Positions 19,961 to 30,749 are shown, counted from the first letter of the stretch. The stretch: DNA of 64,000 nucleotides from Cyanobacteriota bacterium (GCA_033764955.1 JANRIL010000020.1:96001-160000), one strand, 5' to 3'. Notes: generated by a model not told the origin, from the sequence alone. A program made the numbers and translations.

Positions 19961-21247
19961 ATGCGAGAGGTACTGGCGATCATCTTGGGCGGAGGACGCG
20001 GCACTCGTCTCTATCCCCTCACCAAAAAACGGGCGAAGCCCGCTGTGCCCGTAGCAGGCAAGTATCGGCTGATCGATATTCCCGTCAGCAACTGCATCAA
20101 CTCTGATATTGATAAGATCTACGTTCTCACCCAGTTTAATTCCGCCTCCCTCAATCGCCACATCACCAATACTTATCGCTTTTCTCCCTTTGGCGGGGGG
20201 TTTGTGGATGTGTTGGCTGCGCAACAAACTCCCGAAAATCCAGAATGGTTTCAAGGAACAGCCGATGCGGTGCGGCAATACCTCTGGTTGATGGAGTCTT
20301 GGAAAGCCAAGGAATATTTGATTCTGTCCGGCGATCACCTCTATCGCATGGACTATCGCCCCTTTATTGAGCGTCATCGGCAAAGCCAAGCTGATGTGAC
20401 ATTATCGGTGGTGCCCTGTGGAGAAGCCGATGCCTCCAGCTTTGGTCTGATCAAAATTGATGAAACAGGTCGGGTCGTTGATTTCAAGGAAAAACCCAAA
20501 GGTGCCCTCCTGCAAAGTATGCGAGTAGACACCCAATCTTTGGGGTTGAGTGCCGAAGAAGCCCTGCAAAAACCCTATATTGCCTCGATGGGCATCTACG
20601 TTTTTAACCATGATGCCCTCATCTCGATGCTCAACAATCGTGAGCATACCGATTTTGGCAAAGAGGTGATCCCAGCCTCCATTCAAACCATGAAAATTCA
20701 GGCATACCTGTTTAATGGCTATTGGGAAGATATTGGAACCATTGAAGCCTTTTATCGGGCCAATTTAGCGTTGGTACAACAGCCCAATCCGTCCTTCAGT
20801 TTTTACGACGCTCAAACTCCTATTTATACCCGTCCTCGCTTTTTGCCCCCCAACAAAATTCTTGACTCCCACATTCAAGAATCTATTATTGCTGATGGTT
20901 GTATCATCAAAAATGCTGAGATTCGTCATTCTATCATTGGCATTCGTGGTCGCCTAGAAGCCAATACAGTGGTTGAACACACGATGGTGATGGGGGCTGA
21001 CTATTATGAATCAAGTGAGGAGCGGGAAGCCAAGCTAGCCAACGGGATCCCTCCGTTGGGAATCGGCGCGAACTCCCATATTCGCAATGCCATTGTGGAT
21101 AAAAATGCCCGCATTGGTCGGAATGTTAAAATCCTCAACAAAGATCATGTCCAGGAGGCCGAATGTGAGGAAAAAGGCTACTGGATTAGCAACGGGATTG
21201 TGATTGTGATTAAAGATGCTGTGATTCCCGATAACACGATTATTTAG
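19961..21247 (+). CDS. glgC: Glucose-1-phosphate adenylyltransferase
   Basis: [39 protein letters not shown] upstream of ATG 19961. Confidence 0.98.
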   Translation: MREVLAIILGGGRGTRLYPLTKKRAKPAVPVAGKYRLIDIPVSNCINSDIDKIYVLTQFNSASLNRHITNTYRFSPFGGGFVDVLAAQQTPENPEWFQGTADAVRQYLWLMESWKAKEYLILSGDHLYRMDYRPFIERHRQSQADVTLSVVPCGEADASSFGLIKIDETGRVVDFKEKPKGALLQSMRVDTQSLGLSAEEALQKPYIASMGIYVFNHDALISMLNNREHTDFGKEVIPASIQTMKIQAYLFNGYWEDIGTIEAFYRANLALVQQPNPSFSFYDAQTPIYTRPRFLPPNKILDSHIQESIIADGCIIKNAEIRHSIIGIRGRLEANTVVEHTMVMGADYYESSEEREAKLANGIPPLGIGANSHIRNAIVDKNARIGRNVKILNKDHVQEAECEEKGYWISNGIVIVIKDAVIPDNTII

Positions 21248-21340
21248 GAGATCTGGCAAGTGGGTATTGCTGGATATTGAGTCGATATCCAGTCGGGTTG
21301 AAGATAGTAGTTGGGGGTGCTAGCGCTAGGTTGAGTTGGC

Positions 21341-22135
21341 ATGTTTTTACTCTTTTCTAAAATCTTGCCTCCCCTAGTTTATCCCTTGGGGTTAGCGTGT
21401 TTGCTGATCACCGCTGCTTTGGCCTGTTTGTTACGTCCTCAGGGATCCCGACTTTGGGCAATTCGCTTTTTGGTAGCGGCACTGCTGATTCTTTATTTGA
21501 GTAGTAATGGCTGGGTTAGTCGGGCGCTAGTTCGCTCCTTGGAATGGCGCTACCTGCCTCTCCACGACATTCCCACAGCGGATGCGATTGTGGTGTTAGG
21601 GGGAGGCACCCGACCACAAATTCCCCCTCGTCCCTATCTCGATGTCACGGATGCAGGGGATCGCATCCTCTACGGGGCTTATCTGTGGCAGCAGGGCAAA
21701 GCCCCTTGGCTAATTATGAGTGGGGGGCGTCTGGAATGGCTGGGGGAAGGGGGATCCCCAGAATCGGTAGATATGGCACGATTGGCTGAAGCGATGGGGG
21801 TAGCAACCTCGGCAATCCTTCAGGATCCCGCCTCCCTCAATACCTATCAAAATGCCGTCAACGTCAAAACCCTGTTGCAAACCCATGATCTGCATCGGAT
21901 CATCTTGGTGACTTCTGCCCTGCACATGCCCCGCTCCCTCGGCATTTTTAGCAAGCTGGGGATCCCGACCATTCCCGCCCCCACCGACTACCTGACCAGT
22001 CAACGCCAGAATCGCAAAGGGATCCCAGGGGTTCTGGTGGATCTGCTGCCTTCCGCCGAAGCGTTGCAAGCAACCAACCGCGCCCTCAAAGAGTATGTGG
22101 GCTGGTTAGTCTATCGCCTGAAAGGATGGTTGTAG
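21341..22135 (+). CDS. YdcF/ElyC (DUF218) family protein
   Basis: DAIVVLGGG, SLNTYQNA, LVTSALHMPRS, LKEYVG. Confidence 0.9.
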   Translation: MFLLFSKILPPLVYPLGLACLLITAALACLLRPQGSRLWAIRFLVAALLILYLSSNGWVSRALVRSLEWRYLPLHDIPTADAIVVLGGGTRPQIPPRPYLDVTDAGDRILYGAYLWQQGKAPWLIMSGGRLEWLGEGGSPESVDMARLAEAMGVATSAILQDPASLNTYQNAVNVKTLLQTHDLHRIILVTSALHMPRSLGIFSKLGIPTIPAPTDYLTSQRQNRKGIPGVLVDLLPSAEALQATNRALKEYVGWLVYRLKGWL

Positions 22136-22375
22136 GTAAACCCCGCCCACTTTAAGACAGATGCAACCCATCAATTCAGGCAACGATTGAGATAAGTGAG
22201 ATCAATGCTGTTTTGGGAACATCTCCGCCCATCCCTTTCCTAACATCACCGTAACCAGAGGGGACAGATCCACTGATAATAAGGAAACGGCGAGGGGTTT
22301 GTCGGCGCTAGTTCTGAGGGATCCCAGCCATCGATGGAATCAACCCTTTGACTAGCATTGAACCCTGGTTGCCTA

Positions 22376-23161
22376 ATGGCTATTGTGTTAGCGTTCACCA
22401 ACAATAAGGGCGGAACGGGCAAATCAACCCTCTGCGCCAACTGTGCCCATATCACCGCTCAACAGGGACAACGGGTTTTGTTGGTGGATCTTACCTCTCA
22501 GCGCACCGCCAGCACCCTGCTCCTAGGGGAGATTGAAGATTTAACCGAAGCCGAAACCGTGCTGGCTCTTTTGCAGGATCCCCCACTTCGCCCCATTCTG
22601 GAGTTACTCTATGAAAGCAGCAAAGGACTGGATGTGTTGCCCTCGCACGTAGGCATGGCTCAGGCGGTTTCACGGCTCGCGGTCATGACCCAAGACTCCT
22701 CCACTCTGCTCACGGATCAATTGCGTTCCATTCAAGAAGAATATGACTATATTTTTATCGATAGCCCCGGTGACCTGAACGAATTGACCCGCAATGCCTT
22801 GACCGCTGCTCAGCGGGTGATCATCCCCTCCCGTCTCAATCGCACCGACTTTTCTTGTACCGAGGTGACATTGCGATTTTTAGCCTCGACGGTCATGCCG
22901 CCACCAACAGCACGGGTGGTTCTCAATATGTTGGATGATCGCTATTTGCCAGGGGGAATCTGGGCGACAGCTCACACCGGACAACTTTATCAGCAGGCAC
23001 GCCATCTGTTTGCGGATGTTTTGTCGCCCATCACGATCCCGGATAGCGGAGATCTGCGTACTGCCTTTGATCGGGGGTTGACCGTGCTGGAGTACAAACC
23101 GGATACTGTGGTGGCGCAACGTTTGCAGGAATTTGTTCATCAAGAGGTGCTTTGTGACTGA
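22376..23161 (+). CDS. ParA/Soj-family ATPase (divergent Switch I)
   Basis: NKGGTGKST deviant Walker A, YDYIFIDSP Walker B, VDLTSQ instead of DxDPQ. Confidence 0.9.
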   Translation: MAIVLAFTNNKGGTGKSTLCANCAHITAQQGQRVLLVDLTSQRTASTLLLGEIEDLTEAETVLALLQDPPLRPILELLYESSKGLDVLPSHVGMAQAVSRLAVMTQDSSTLLTDQLRSIQEEYDYIFIDSPGDLNELTRNALTAAQRVIIPSRLNRTDFSCTEVTLRFLASTVMPPPTARVVLNMLDDRYLPGGIWATAHTGQLYQQARHLFADVLSPITIPDSGDLRTAFDRGLTVLEYKPDTVVAQRLQEFVHQEVLCD

Positions 23162-23684
23162 TCATCGGAGTCTTTTTTCTGCCTCAGGATCTCCCCCTGC
23201 CCGTTCCTCCCGCAAGCGTAAACCTGTGGCCTCCCAGTCAGATTCAACCGATGCTTCCCCCGCTCCAGCCGACCTCCCACCCCCTCAGCAGTCGGATCCG
23301 CCTGGGTTGGAGGAGTCGGGATCCCTGGAGATCGCCCAACTGCAAGGGGAACTGCAAGCGCTGCAAGTCCGACATCAGCAGGATCAACAGCACATCGAGA
23401 CCCTTCAGCACCAACTCAGCAGCAGTGAACAGGCTCGTGCAGATTTACAAAACCAGCTCCAACAAACGGTGGCTCACCGCGATGAACTGGAAAAAGCTCT
23501 CAAAACAATGCAGGCGCTCGCAGAAACCCGCGCCCAAGAGCTACAACGCCTGCACACTCAACCCACTGAACAACCCCCACCAACCGCTCACCAGCCCAAA
23601 CGACAGCCCAAACCCCTTGGCATTCATCGTCCGATTGGCCCGCAGCCAGGGGGAGGCGATATGCCTGCCTTTCTGCTGGACTAA
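23154..23684 (+). CDS. Gln-rich coiled-coil protein, probable ParA partner
   Basis: GTG start overlaps the parA end; basic disordered N-terminus, heptad-rich centre, Pro-rich tail. Confidence 0.75.
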   Translation: MTDHRSLFSASGSPPARSSRKRKPVASQSDSTDASPAPADLPPPQQSDPPGLEESGSLEIAQLQGELQALQVRHQQDQQHIETLQHQLSSSEQARADLQNQLQQTVAHRDELEKALKTMQALAETRAQELQRLHTQPTEQPPPTAHQPKRQPKPLGIHRPIGPQPGGGDMPAFLLD

Positions 23685-23919
23685 ATCCGCTCCCAATCTC
23701 CTGAAAAATGCTGGGGAGAAGGGTCGCCAATTTACACCTCCTCCTCTGTGGAAACCTGCTTTTCCTGATGGAGTGGTGGCACCCCCATAAAAATCCTGTA
23801 GCAAACCCTACCCAGAGGGGAAGGATCAACGCTAAAGTTGCGGTGAGGATCCCTAAAGGTTATCCCTTCGCGGGGATAAATGAGGCCAAACAGCCAGAGT
23901 GTCTCTCGTCGTCACGCCC

Positions 23920-24336
23920 ATGTATACTCCGTCTCCCCAACCTGTTCTCAACCATGTTCTGATTGTGAAAGACCGTAGCGGCCCCAGAGCCTATTGGTTG
24001 ACGGCTGAACTTTATTCATTGGGGCGAGACGCCAGCAATAGCATTCGGATTGACTCCCAATATGCCTCACGGCATCACGCTATTTTGGTCAAGATGGAGT
24101 CTCCCCTCACTCCTGACGGCTTTGTTTATCACATTATTGATGGAGATGTGGAAGGCAACCCCAGCACTAACGGTCTCTATGTGAGTGGTCAACAAACCGA
24201 GTTTCGAGATTTAGAAGACGGGGATGAGATCCAGTTTGGTTCGGATGCGGTGGCGACCTACTCCCTACAAGCCAGGGATCTCAACTCGATTTTAGAAACC
24301 TTTGAGCATACCCAGATTGTGGTTCCCGGCTCTTAG
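23920..24336 (+). CDS. FHA domain protein
   Basis: SLGRD, ASRHHA, STNGLYV, LEDGDEIQFG. Confidence 0.9.
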   Translation: MYTPSPQPVLNHVLIVKDRSGPRAYWLTAELYSLGRDASNSIRIDSQYASRHHAILVKMESPLTPDGFVYHIIDGDVEGNPSTNGLYVSGQQTEFRDLEDGDEIQFGSDAVATYSLQARDLNSILETFEHTQIVVPGS

Positions 24337-24418
24337 GCTATCCATCCGCATGATACGATCATGACCTTATGCCACGATGTGTCTTCCCTGATGAGGTCTG
24401 CTGAATCGATAGCTACTC

Positions 24419-25777
24419 ATGCAAGCCATTACCAAAATCTTGATTGCCAACCGTGGGGAGATTGCCCTGCGCGTGATTCGCACCTGCCAGGAACTTGGGA
24501 TCCCGACGGTGGCCGTCTATTCTAAGGCGGATCAAAGTGCCCTACATGTGCAGTTGGCGGATGAGGCGGTTTGTGTGGGGGAAGCTCCCAGCGCCCGCAG
24601 TTACTTAAACATTCCCAATATCATTTCGGCAGCCCTCACCCGTGGAGCCAATGCCATTCATCCAGGCTATGGTTTTTTGGCCGAAAATGCCAAATTTGCG
24701 GAGATGTGTGCGGATCACAACCTGATTTTTATCGGTCCTGCTCCCGATGCCATGCGAAAAATGGCGGATAAGGCAACAGCCAGAGAAACGGTGCAGTCGG
24801 TGGGAGTGCCCACAGTGCCAGGAACCAAAGGCTTAATTGAAACCGACGAGGACGCCACCAAAGCGGCGGAACGGATTGGCTATCCGGTGATTATCAAAGC
24901 CACCGCCGGTGGTGGTGGGCGGGGAATGCGCGTGGTTCACAACAGCAACGACTTGGTGAAGATGATCCGTGCCGCCCGTGGCGAGGCCGATGCCTCCTTT
25001 GGCAACAGTGGCATTTACCTGGAAAAATTTATTGAGAAACCCCGCCATATCGAGTTCCAAATTTTGGGCGATACCTTCGGGAATGTTGTGCATCTCTACG
25101 AGCGGGATTGTTCGATTCAACGTCGTCATCAAAAGCTGTTAGAGGAAGCCCCTAGTCCGGCTCTCAATCCGGCTCTCCGCACCAAGATGGGATCCGCTGC
25201 TGTCAAAGCCGCCAAAGCAATCAACTATACGGGGGCAGGAACCATCGAGTTTCTCCTCGACAAGCACGGGCAGTTTTATTTTATCGAGATGAATACCCGC
25301 ATTCAGGTGGAACATCCGGTGACGGAGATGGTGACCGGACTCGATCTGATCGCCGAACAGATTCGCATCGCCCAAGGGCAGCGACTTTCTTTTAGCCAAA
25401 AGGATGTGCAACTGCAAGGTCATGCCATCGAATGCCGCATCAACGCCGAAGACCCTAAGCATCAATTTCGACCTCATCCAGGACGGATTAGCGCCTATCT
25501 CCCTCCGGGGGGGCCTGGAGTGCGGATTGACTCGCATGTTTACACCGATTATTCCATTCCTCCCTACTACGATTCGCTGATCGGCAAGCTAATCGTCTGG
25601 GGGCCAAATCGAGCCGCCGCCATTCGTCGAATGCAACGGGCTTTAGGAGAATGTGCCATCACCGGCATCCCCACCACGATCCCTTTTCATCAAAAAATTC
25701 TGCGACACGAAGCCTTTTTGAAAGGGGATGTTTATACCGACTTTATTCAACAGCACATGCTCAAAGAGGAGGACTGA
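24419..25777 (+). CDS. accC: Acetyl-CoA carboxylase biotin carboxylase subunit
   Basis: KILIANRGEIA, HPGYGFLAEN, GGGGRGMR, EMNTRIQVEHPVTE, YYDSLIGK. Confidence 0.99.
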   Translation: MQAITKILIANRGEIALRVIRTCQELGIPTVAVYSKADQSALHVQLADEAVCVGEAPSARSYLNIPNIISAALTRGANAIHPGYGFLAENAKFAEMCADHNLIFIGPAPDAMRKMADKATARETVQSVGVPTVPGTKGLIETDEDATKAAERIGYPVIIKATAGGGGRGMRVVHNSNDLVKMIRAARGEADASFGNSGIYLEKFIEKPRHIEFQILGDTFGNVVHLYERDCSIQRRHQKLLEEAPSPALNPALRTKMGSAAVKAAKAINYTGAGTIEFLLDKHGQFYFIEMNTRIQVEHPVTEMVTGLDLIAEQIRIAQGQRLSFSQKDVQLQGHAIECRINAEDPKHQFRPHPGRISAYLPPGGPGVRIDSHVYTDYSIPPYYDSLIGKLIVWGPNRAAAIRRMQRALGECAITGIPTTIPFHQKILRHEAFLKGDVYTDFIQQHMLKEED

Positions 25778-25837
25778 GGGACTGCGATGCACTACTAGGA
25801 AGGGATCCCGTGCATTGTCCCTATCTTTGACGAGTGT

Positions 25838-27148
25838 TTAGGGAATGGGTGGATGAGCAAGGGCAAGATAAACCCTGACGGTCGTGCCATCCACTTCGGA
25901 GGAGCGAATCGACAGTTCTCCGCCGTGAGCTTCCACAATTTGTTTGACAATCGGCAGCCCCAGTCCGGTTCCGGCAGGCTTGGTGGTGTAAAACAAGTCC
26001 GTCACGCGGGAGAGGAGGTGGGCGGGGATAACCGAGCCACGATTGTGAATTTCGATGCAGGCTTGCTGGCGTTGGGAATCTTTGAGCAGGGAACAGCGAA
26101 TGGGATCCCCTTTGGCTACGGCCTCACAGGCGTTGCGGAGCAGGTTAATCACCACCTGTTTGAGACGATCCGCATCTGCTTTCACCCAGACCTTATCAGC
26201 CCAGGGCATATAGTTGATTGTGTATTGATTCATGTCAAACGACAAACGAAAAATGGTGATCTGTTCCTCAATAAACGTATTTAATTCTAGTAAAGAGGGG
26301 CGCAAGACCTGTAGCCGAGAATAGGTCAAAATATCATTTAATAATCGCTCCAGTCGTTCCTGTTCCGCCTGGGCTAAAGACAGGCGTTCCTGGGCAGGTT
26401 GAGGAATCGGTAGCCGTTGAAAATAGTTGAGGGTCAGGCTAATCGTGGAAAGAGGGTTACGAATTTCATGGACAATCATGGTGGCAAACTGACCAATCGC
26501 AGCTAAGCGTTCCTGTTCCATATTTTTTTCCTGAGCCATTTGTAATTCAGCCGATCGAACCAGAACTTCTGCTTCTAGTGCTTCGTTAAACTCCCTCTGT
26601 TGTTGATAAAGATGATAGTTATCAATAGCAGTAGCCGCTCGTTCGGCAAATAATTCGGCAATGCCTACTTCTTCGGGGCTAAATTCTCGCTCTTGGCGAT
26701 GAAAGGAGCAAATAGTTCCTATAATCTCCGAATAAGATGTGCGTAAAGGGATCCCCAAATAGGCACAGTAGCCCTCTGGAGGTTCTCCATATTCGGGGTG
26801 ATCTAGCGCATTTCTAACAACTAAAGTCTCTCCAGTTTCAAAGACCGTATTGGTTAGCGATCCATGCACATCAAAGGCGCAATCAAGATCTTCCCCCTCT
26901 AAGTTGCTGGCCAAAACCCGCTCTAGACCATCTTTGACAAAGGTGACTACCGACCAATCTACCTCCAACAACTGGCTGACTCCAGAGGCGACTGCGGCCA
27001 AATATTCGCTCAGATTTCCGGCTCGGTAACTGAGGGAACCAAGCGCCTCTAAGGTGCGTCGTTCTCGTTGCCAGCGCCGCAATCGAAAAAAGGGAAACCA
27101 CCGACTAATCCAAGCTGAAAAGGTGATCATTTTTGATTTGGCAGCCAT
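25838..27148 (-). CDS. GAF-sensor histidine kinase
   Basis: GAF domain, HEIRNPL H-box, NLLRNA, GTGLGL. Confidence 0.92.
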   Translation of the reverse strand: MAAKSKMITFSAWISRWFPFFRLRRWQRERRTLEALGSLSYRAGNLSEYLAAVASGVSQLLEVDWSVVTFVKDGLERVLASNLEGEDLDCAFDVHGSLTNTVFETGETLVVRNALDHPEYGEPPEGYCAYLGIPLRTSYSEIIGTICSFHRQEREFSPEEVGIAELFAERAATAIDNYHLYQQQREFNEALEAEVLVRSAELQMAQEKNMEQERLAAIGQFATMIVHEIRNPLSTISLTLNYFQRLPIPQPAQERLSLAQAEQERLERLLNDILTYSRLQVLRPSLLELNTFIEEQITIFRLSFDMNQYTINYMPWADKVWVKADADRLKQVVINLLRNACEAVAKGDPIRCSLLKDSQRQQACIEIHNRGSVIPAHLLSRVTDLFYTTKPAGTGLGLPIVKQIVEAHGGELSIRSSEVDGTTVRVYLALAHPPIP

Positions 27149-27250
27149 TGAGGTTTTGTTTTATTGAAGATAGGAGTCTAAGATAGAAATTAGCTAAAGT
27201 CAGTGTACGCAAAACTTGCTAGCAAATGTTTCCAATTAAAAGCCACGATC

Positions 27251-27928
27251 ATGAGTGTTCATGTTTTATTGGTAGAAGATGATGTCAGCTTGGCGCGATC
27301 CATTGAGTTAGAACTGAGCTGTGAAGGCTATCAAGTTACCGTCAAGCATGATGGCTTAGCTGGTTTAACACTAGCGCGGGAGACCCAACCGGATCTGATT
27401 TTATTGGACTGGTCAATGCCAGGGATCTCCGGTTTAGAAGTCTGCCGGCGATTACGCTCCACTGGCAATCTAACGCCGATTATTTTTTTGACCGCTCGCG
27501 GAGAAGTTACGGAACGGGTGACCGGTCTGGATGCCGGAGCGGATGATTATGTGGTCAAGCCCTTCAGTATTGAAGAATTGTTAGCCCGCATCCGTGCCCG
27601 CATTCGCCATACCCAAGAACAAAACGATCATCTTTTACGGTTTGGTGATCTCACCCTCAATCGCACTACCCGTGAAGTGTTACGAGGATCCCGTGCCATT
27701 GATTTAACTCCCACTGAATTTGATTTGCTGGAATATCTGCTGATGCATCCTCGGCAAGTGTTGACCCGCGAGCGCATTTTAGAAAAAGTTTGGGGATATG
27801 ACTTTATGGGCGACTCCAATATTATCGAGGCTTATATTCGATATCTGCGGATCAAACTGGAACAAGAAGGAGAACCCCGCTTACTACAAACAGTGCGGGG
27901 GGTGGGCTATGTTTTGCGAGAATCTTAG
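27251..27928 (+). CDS. OmpR-family response regulator
   Basis: LLVEDD, LDWSMP, GADDYVVKPF, winged helix TVRGVGY. Confidence 0.96.
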   Translation: MSVHVLLVEDDVSLARSIELELSCEGYQVTVKHDGLAGLTLARETQPDLILLDWSMPGISGLEVCRRLRSTGNLTPIIFLTARGEVTERVTGLDAGADDYVVKPFSIEELLARIRARIRHTQEQNDHLLRFGDLTLNRTTREVLRGSRAIDLTPTEFDLLEYLLMHPRQVLTRERILEKVWGYDFMGDSNIIEAYIRYLRIKLEQEGEPRLLQTVRGVGYVLRES

Positions 27929-27936
27929 TTGAATAA

Positions 27937-27968
27937 CAAGGGATCCCGTCAAGTCAGGGGATCCCTTG
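27937..27968. terminator. Inverted repeat between convergent genes, built from two GGGATCCC
   Basis: CAAGGGATCCC-N10-GGGATCCCTTG. Confidence 0.4.
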
Positions 27969-28039
27969 CCTGGGGCGTAAAGGGTTTTAGATCAGCCAAC
28001 CCATCACCAAGTATTCAACGCAGATCCAACCAGATCCAA

Positions 28040-28405
28040 CTAGTTGTTAGCTTTGCCAATACGAGCTTTGATAACAGCATCGCGCAAGGCACTGAGTTTG
28101 GCAATTTCTGCATTAGCCTGGTTGAGCATGGCTTCTCCCATCGCCTTAATTTCGGGGTTAGAAGACTGCATCGCCATCAAACCCACCTGCACCATATACA
28201 TGGCTTGCGACATCATTTCATCAACAATAGCCACATCAAAATTGGGATCGGTGGGATCATCAACCGCCATAAAACGATCCCCGCCACTCTTGGCTAAGAG
28301 AATAGTCTCCTCAGTTTCCCAGGAGAGGGGATTGGCAACAGCTACCGATCCAAAAGCCAAGGTGATGAGGCTAGCTAACATCGTAGCTTTCAGTTTTGTC
28401 ATCAT
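28040..28405 (-). CDS. Secreted Met-rich small protein, DUF305/CopM-like helix pair
   Basis: Signal peptide MMTKLKATMLASLITLAFGSVAVA; FDVAIVDEMM...SSNPEIKAMGEAMLNQANAEIAKL. Confidence 0.65.
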   Translation of the reverse strand: MMTKLKATMLASLITLAFGSVAVANPLSWETEETILLAKSGGDRFMAVDDPTDPNFDVAIVDEMMSQAMYMVQVGLMAMQSSNPEIKAMGEAMLNQANAEIAKLSALRDAVIKARIGKANN

Positions 28406-28738
28406 GGGATCCAATTCCTTTGTAATTTGAATAGAGAGATTCCTATCCCAATACCCCAATGATCCATGCCATTCAAGAATCAGTAGGCTAAGTGGAAAAG
28501 TAATTTCAAACGGGAGTGTTGAGAATAGAAATCCTACATTCATGAGTATGGAGACTCATCCTGAAAAAACTCTGACAGATTGAGATTCCTTGTCTGAGAA
28601 TTAGCAGAGAGATCACCCAAAAGTTTTGCTGCGAGGAAATATGGAGATATTCTAAAGATTTAATCTGCTTAGATTCTATAGGCTTGTCCTAACATTACGA
28701 TGCCTTAATGAAACGGATCGAAAGCAAATCGAAAGTTT

Positions 28739-29464
28739 TCACGTTAGCTGTACTAACAGAGAAATCGTACCAAAGCCAACCAAAAGTGCCCCACTGGCAT
28801 AGGTCAACCAGCCGGACCAGCGGCGGAGAGTGAGTAGTTGTTTGATCACTGACGTAAACAGTCCCGCCAGCAACAGGGGAGCCACCAAACCCAAGGCATA
28901 AGCAAACAACAGTCCGGCTCCCAGGGGGGCGTTGGCAGTGGTGGAGATCCAGCCCAATAGGGCAATCAAAACCGGAGTGCTACAGGGGGAGGCCACCAAC
29001 CCAAAGGTCAGACCCAGCATCAAGGATTGCCCAGCTTGCGGCCATTCTTTGGAAACTTGCCACTGCCCCAGCCAATTAGGGAAGCGGATAGGCAAAACCT
29101 CCAGAAGATTTAACCCCATGCCAATCGCTACCCCTGCCATCAAAATCCCCCAGAGGGATCCCACTTGCCCATAGATGCGCCCCAGCAAAGCTGCCCCTAA
29201 GCCCAGCCCTGTCAGAGTAATTGCCAGCCCCAGCGTAAACCAAGCGGTTAACCAAGCGGCCTTGCTGCGTTGGTCGGCATAGCCTCCGATATAGCCCACC
29301 GTGATCGGCAGCATCGACAACATGCAAGGGGAAAGGCTGGTGAATAACCCCGCAGCCCAAACGATGGCAAAACTGATAGGAGATAAATGGTGGAGTTGGT
29401 TGGCTACCAATTCTGTTGCCACTTGATCGAGGCGATAAAGCCAAACATGCCAGAACTCAACCAT
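28739..29464 (-). CDS. ccdA: Cytochrome c biogenesis protein CcdA
   Basis: SLSPCMLSMLP and ASPCSTPVL motifs; multiple TM helices. Confidence 0.93.
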   Translation of the reverse strand: MVEFWHVWLYRLDQVATELVANQLHHLSPISFAIVWAAGLFTSLSPCMLSMLPITVGYIGGYADQRSKAAWLTAWFTLGLAITLTGLGLGAALLGRIYGQVGSLWGILMAGVAIGMGLNLLEVLPIRFPNWLGQWQVSKEWPQAGQSLMLGLTFGLVASPCSTPVLIALLGWISTTANAPLGAGLLFAYALGLVAPLLLAGLFTSVIKQLLTLRRWSGWLTYASGALLVGFGTISLLVQLT

Positions 29465-29688
29465 AGCTAGCCGAAATGGGGGATAGGGATCCCGATCATA
29501 GTTCACTTCCTCGATAGCGTCGAAATCCTCTAGTCTTTCCTTCAATTATTAAGCAGGAATTTCTTCCCCTCCTCTAGCATTGGGACGACGGTTGAGGGAG
29601 GGTGAGGGCTGTATCCCTGTTGGCGGGAGGTTATTTTAGAGGGAAGAAAAGGGATTGTTTGGCTAGATTTTTATCGGGAGCATCGATC

Positions 29689-29982
29689 ATGAACGAGGAT
29701 ATGTCTTCTCCACTATTGCGAGATGATCACCATTACGTGTTGCTGTTGCCCAACCTAGACGAACAATTTCTCACCCGCCATGAATTGCAGGAGTTTTTGC
29801 AACAACTGTTGCAGGAATATCCCCATTTGCAGGATGCCGATCTAGCCCGCTATGGCGATCTGGCTAGCCAAGCTGAGCGGGTTATTCAGACCACCTGTTC
29901 CCTAGCCATCAGTGAGGGAGAAACAGTGCAGTGGTACGCTGTCCGTCTCCATAAGCCTGCTCCTCCCCCCCTGCCTACTTAA
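29689..29982 (+). CDS. crr7: Chlororespiratory reduction protein 7 (NDH-1 assembly)
   Basis: DHHYVLL..EQFLT..EL and TCSL...VQWYAVRL motifs. Confidence 0.8.
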   Translation: MNEDMSSPLLRDDHHYVLLLPNLDEQFLTRHELQEFLQQLLQEYPHLQDADLARYGDLASQAERVIQTTCSLAISEGETVQWYAVRLHKPAPPPLPT

Positions 29983-29990
29983 GGCGGAAC

Positions 29991-30479
29991 TTAGGCGGAG
30001 GTAGTGGTCGGGATCCCTAAGACTGGGCAGGGACAATAGGGAATCAACCCTTGCACAATTGAGTGTTGGGGAGATTGGCAGCCCAAGAGAAGAAGGTTTG
30101 CTCCCGTCTGCTCCGCCACCTGCCGCAACTGGCTAGCAACATCCCCAAATCGTAGATGGGCGCTCAGGGATCCCCTCCATTCATCCGCCAAAACGCGGGC
30201 TTGGTGCAAGATAGCATCGGCAGCCACTACTGCTTGGGGAGCCGCCACATAGACCACATGCACCGTTACTTGTTTTTGGCTGGCGATGCGGGTTTGATGG
30301 GCAATCCAGAGGGTCAGGTCAAGCGCCGTCTGGCTGGCTGGCGATCCGGTATAGCCCACAACAAAATGATGGGTATGGCCGGAGGGAGCGGGATGGCTAC
30401 CGGGAAAGAGCACAACAGGACTGGGAGCATCAGCCGTCAGGCTCGACTCTAGGCGCATCAATAGGGATTTAATCTGCAT
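29991..30479 (-). CDS. Universal stress protein
   Basis: VVGYTGSPASQTALDL, HVVYV, LLLLG, CPCPVL; AAGGAG upstream of ATG 30479. Confidence 0.88.
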   Translation of the reverse strand: MQIKSLLMRLESSLTADAPSPVVLFPGSHPAPSGHTHHFVVGYTGSPASQTALDLTLWIAHQTRIASQKQVTVHVVYVAAPQAVVAADAILHQARVLADEWRGSLSAHLRFGDVASQLRQVAEQTGANLLLLGCQSPQHSIVQGLIPYCPCPVLGIPTTTSA

Positions 30480-30749
30480 GATAATGAAGCTCCTTAACGA
30501 AGGGTGAAGAAACAACAAAAAGTCCTCAACATTAAGACGCCTGCGCTCCTTGCTAGCAACGAATTGAGTGCCAAACCTGAGCGCTCGAATCCCCCAGCCA
30601 GCTAAACATTTGAGCCAGGGGAACGGGCTTGAAGAGAACTCAACAACTGAAGAACCTGAGAAGCAGTGTGCTGCTGTTTAAGCCTGCTTTCTGAAACCAC
30701 CTTTGGACTTGCCAAAGACAGAGGAAATGCTGCTTTTCAGTCTTCTCTC

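Noticed and set aside
23747..23755. Single DnaA-box-like TGTGGAAAC
   Set aside because: Isolated one-mismatch copy, expected by chance
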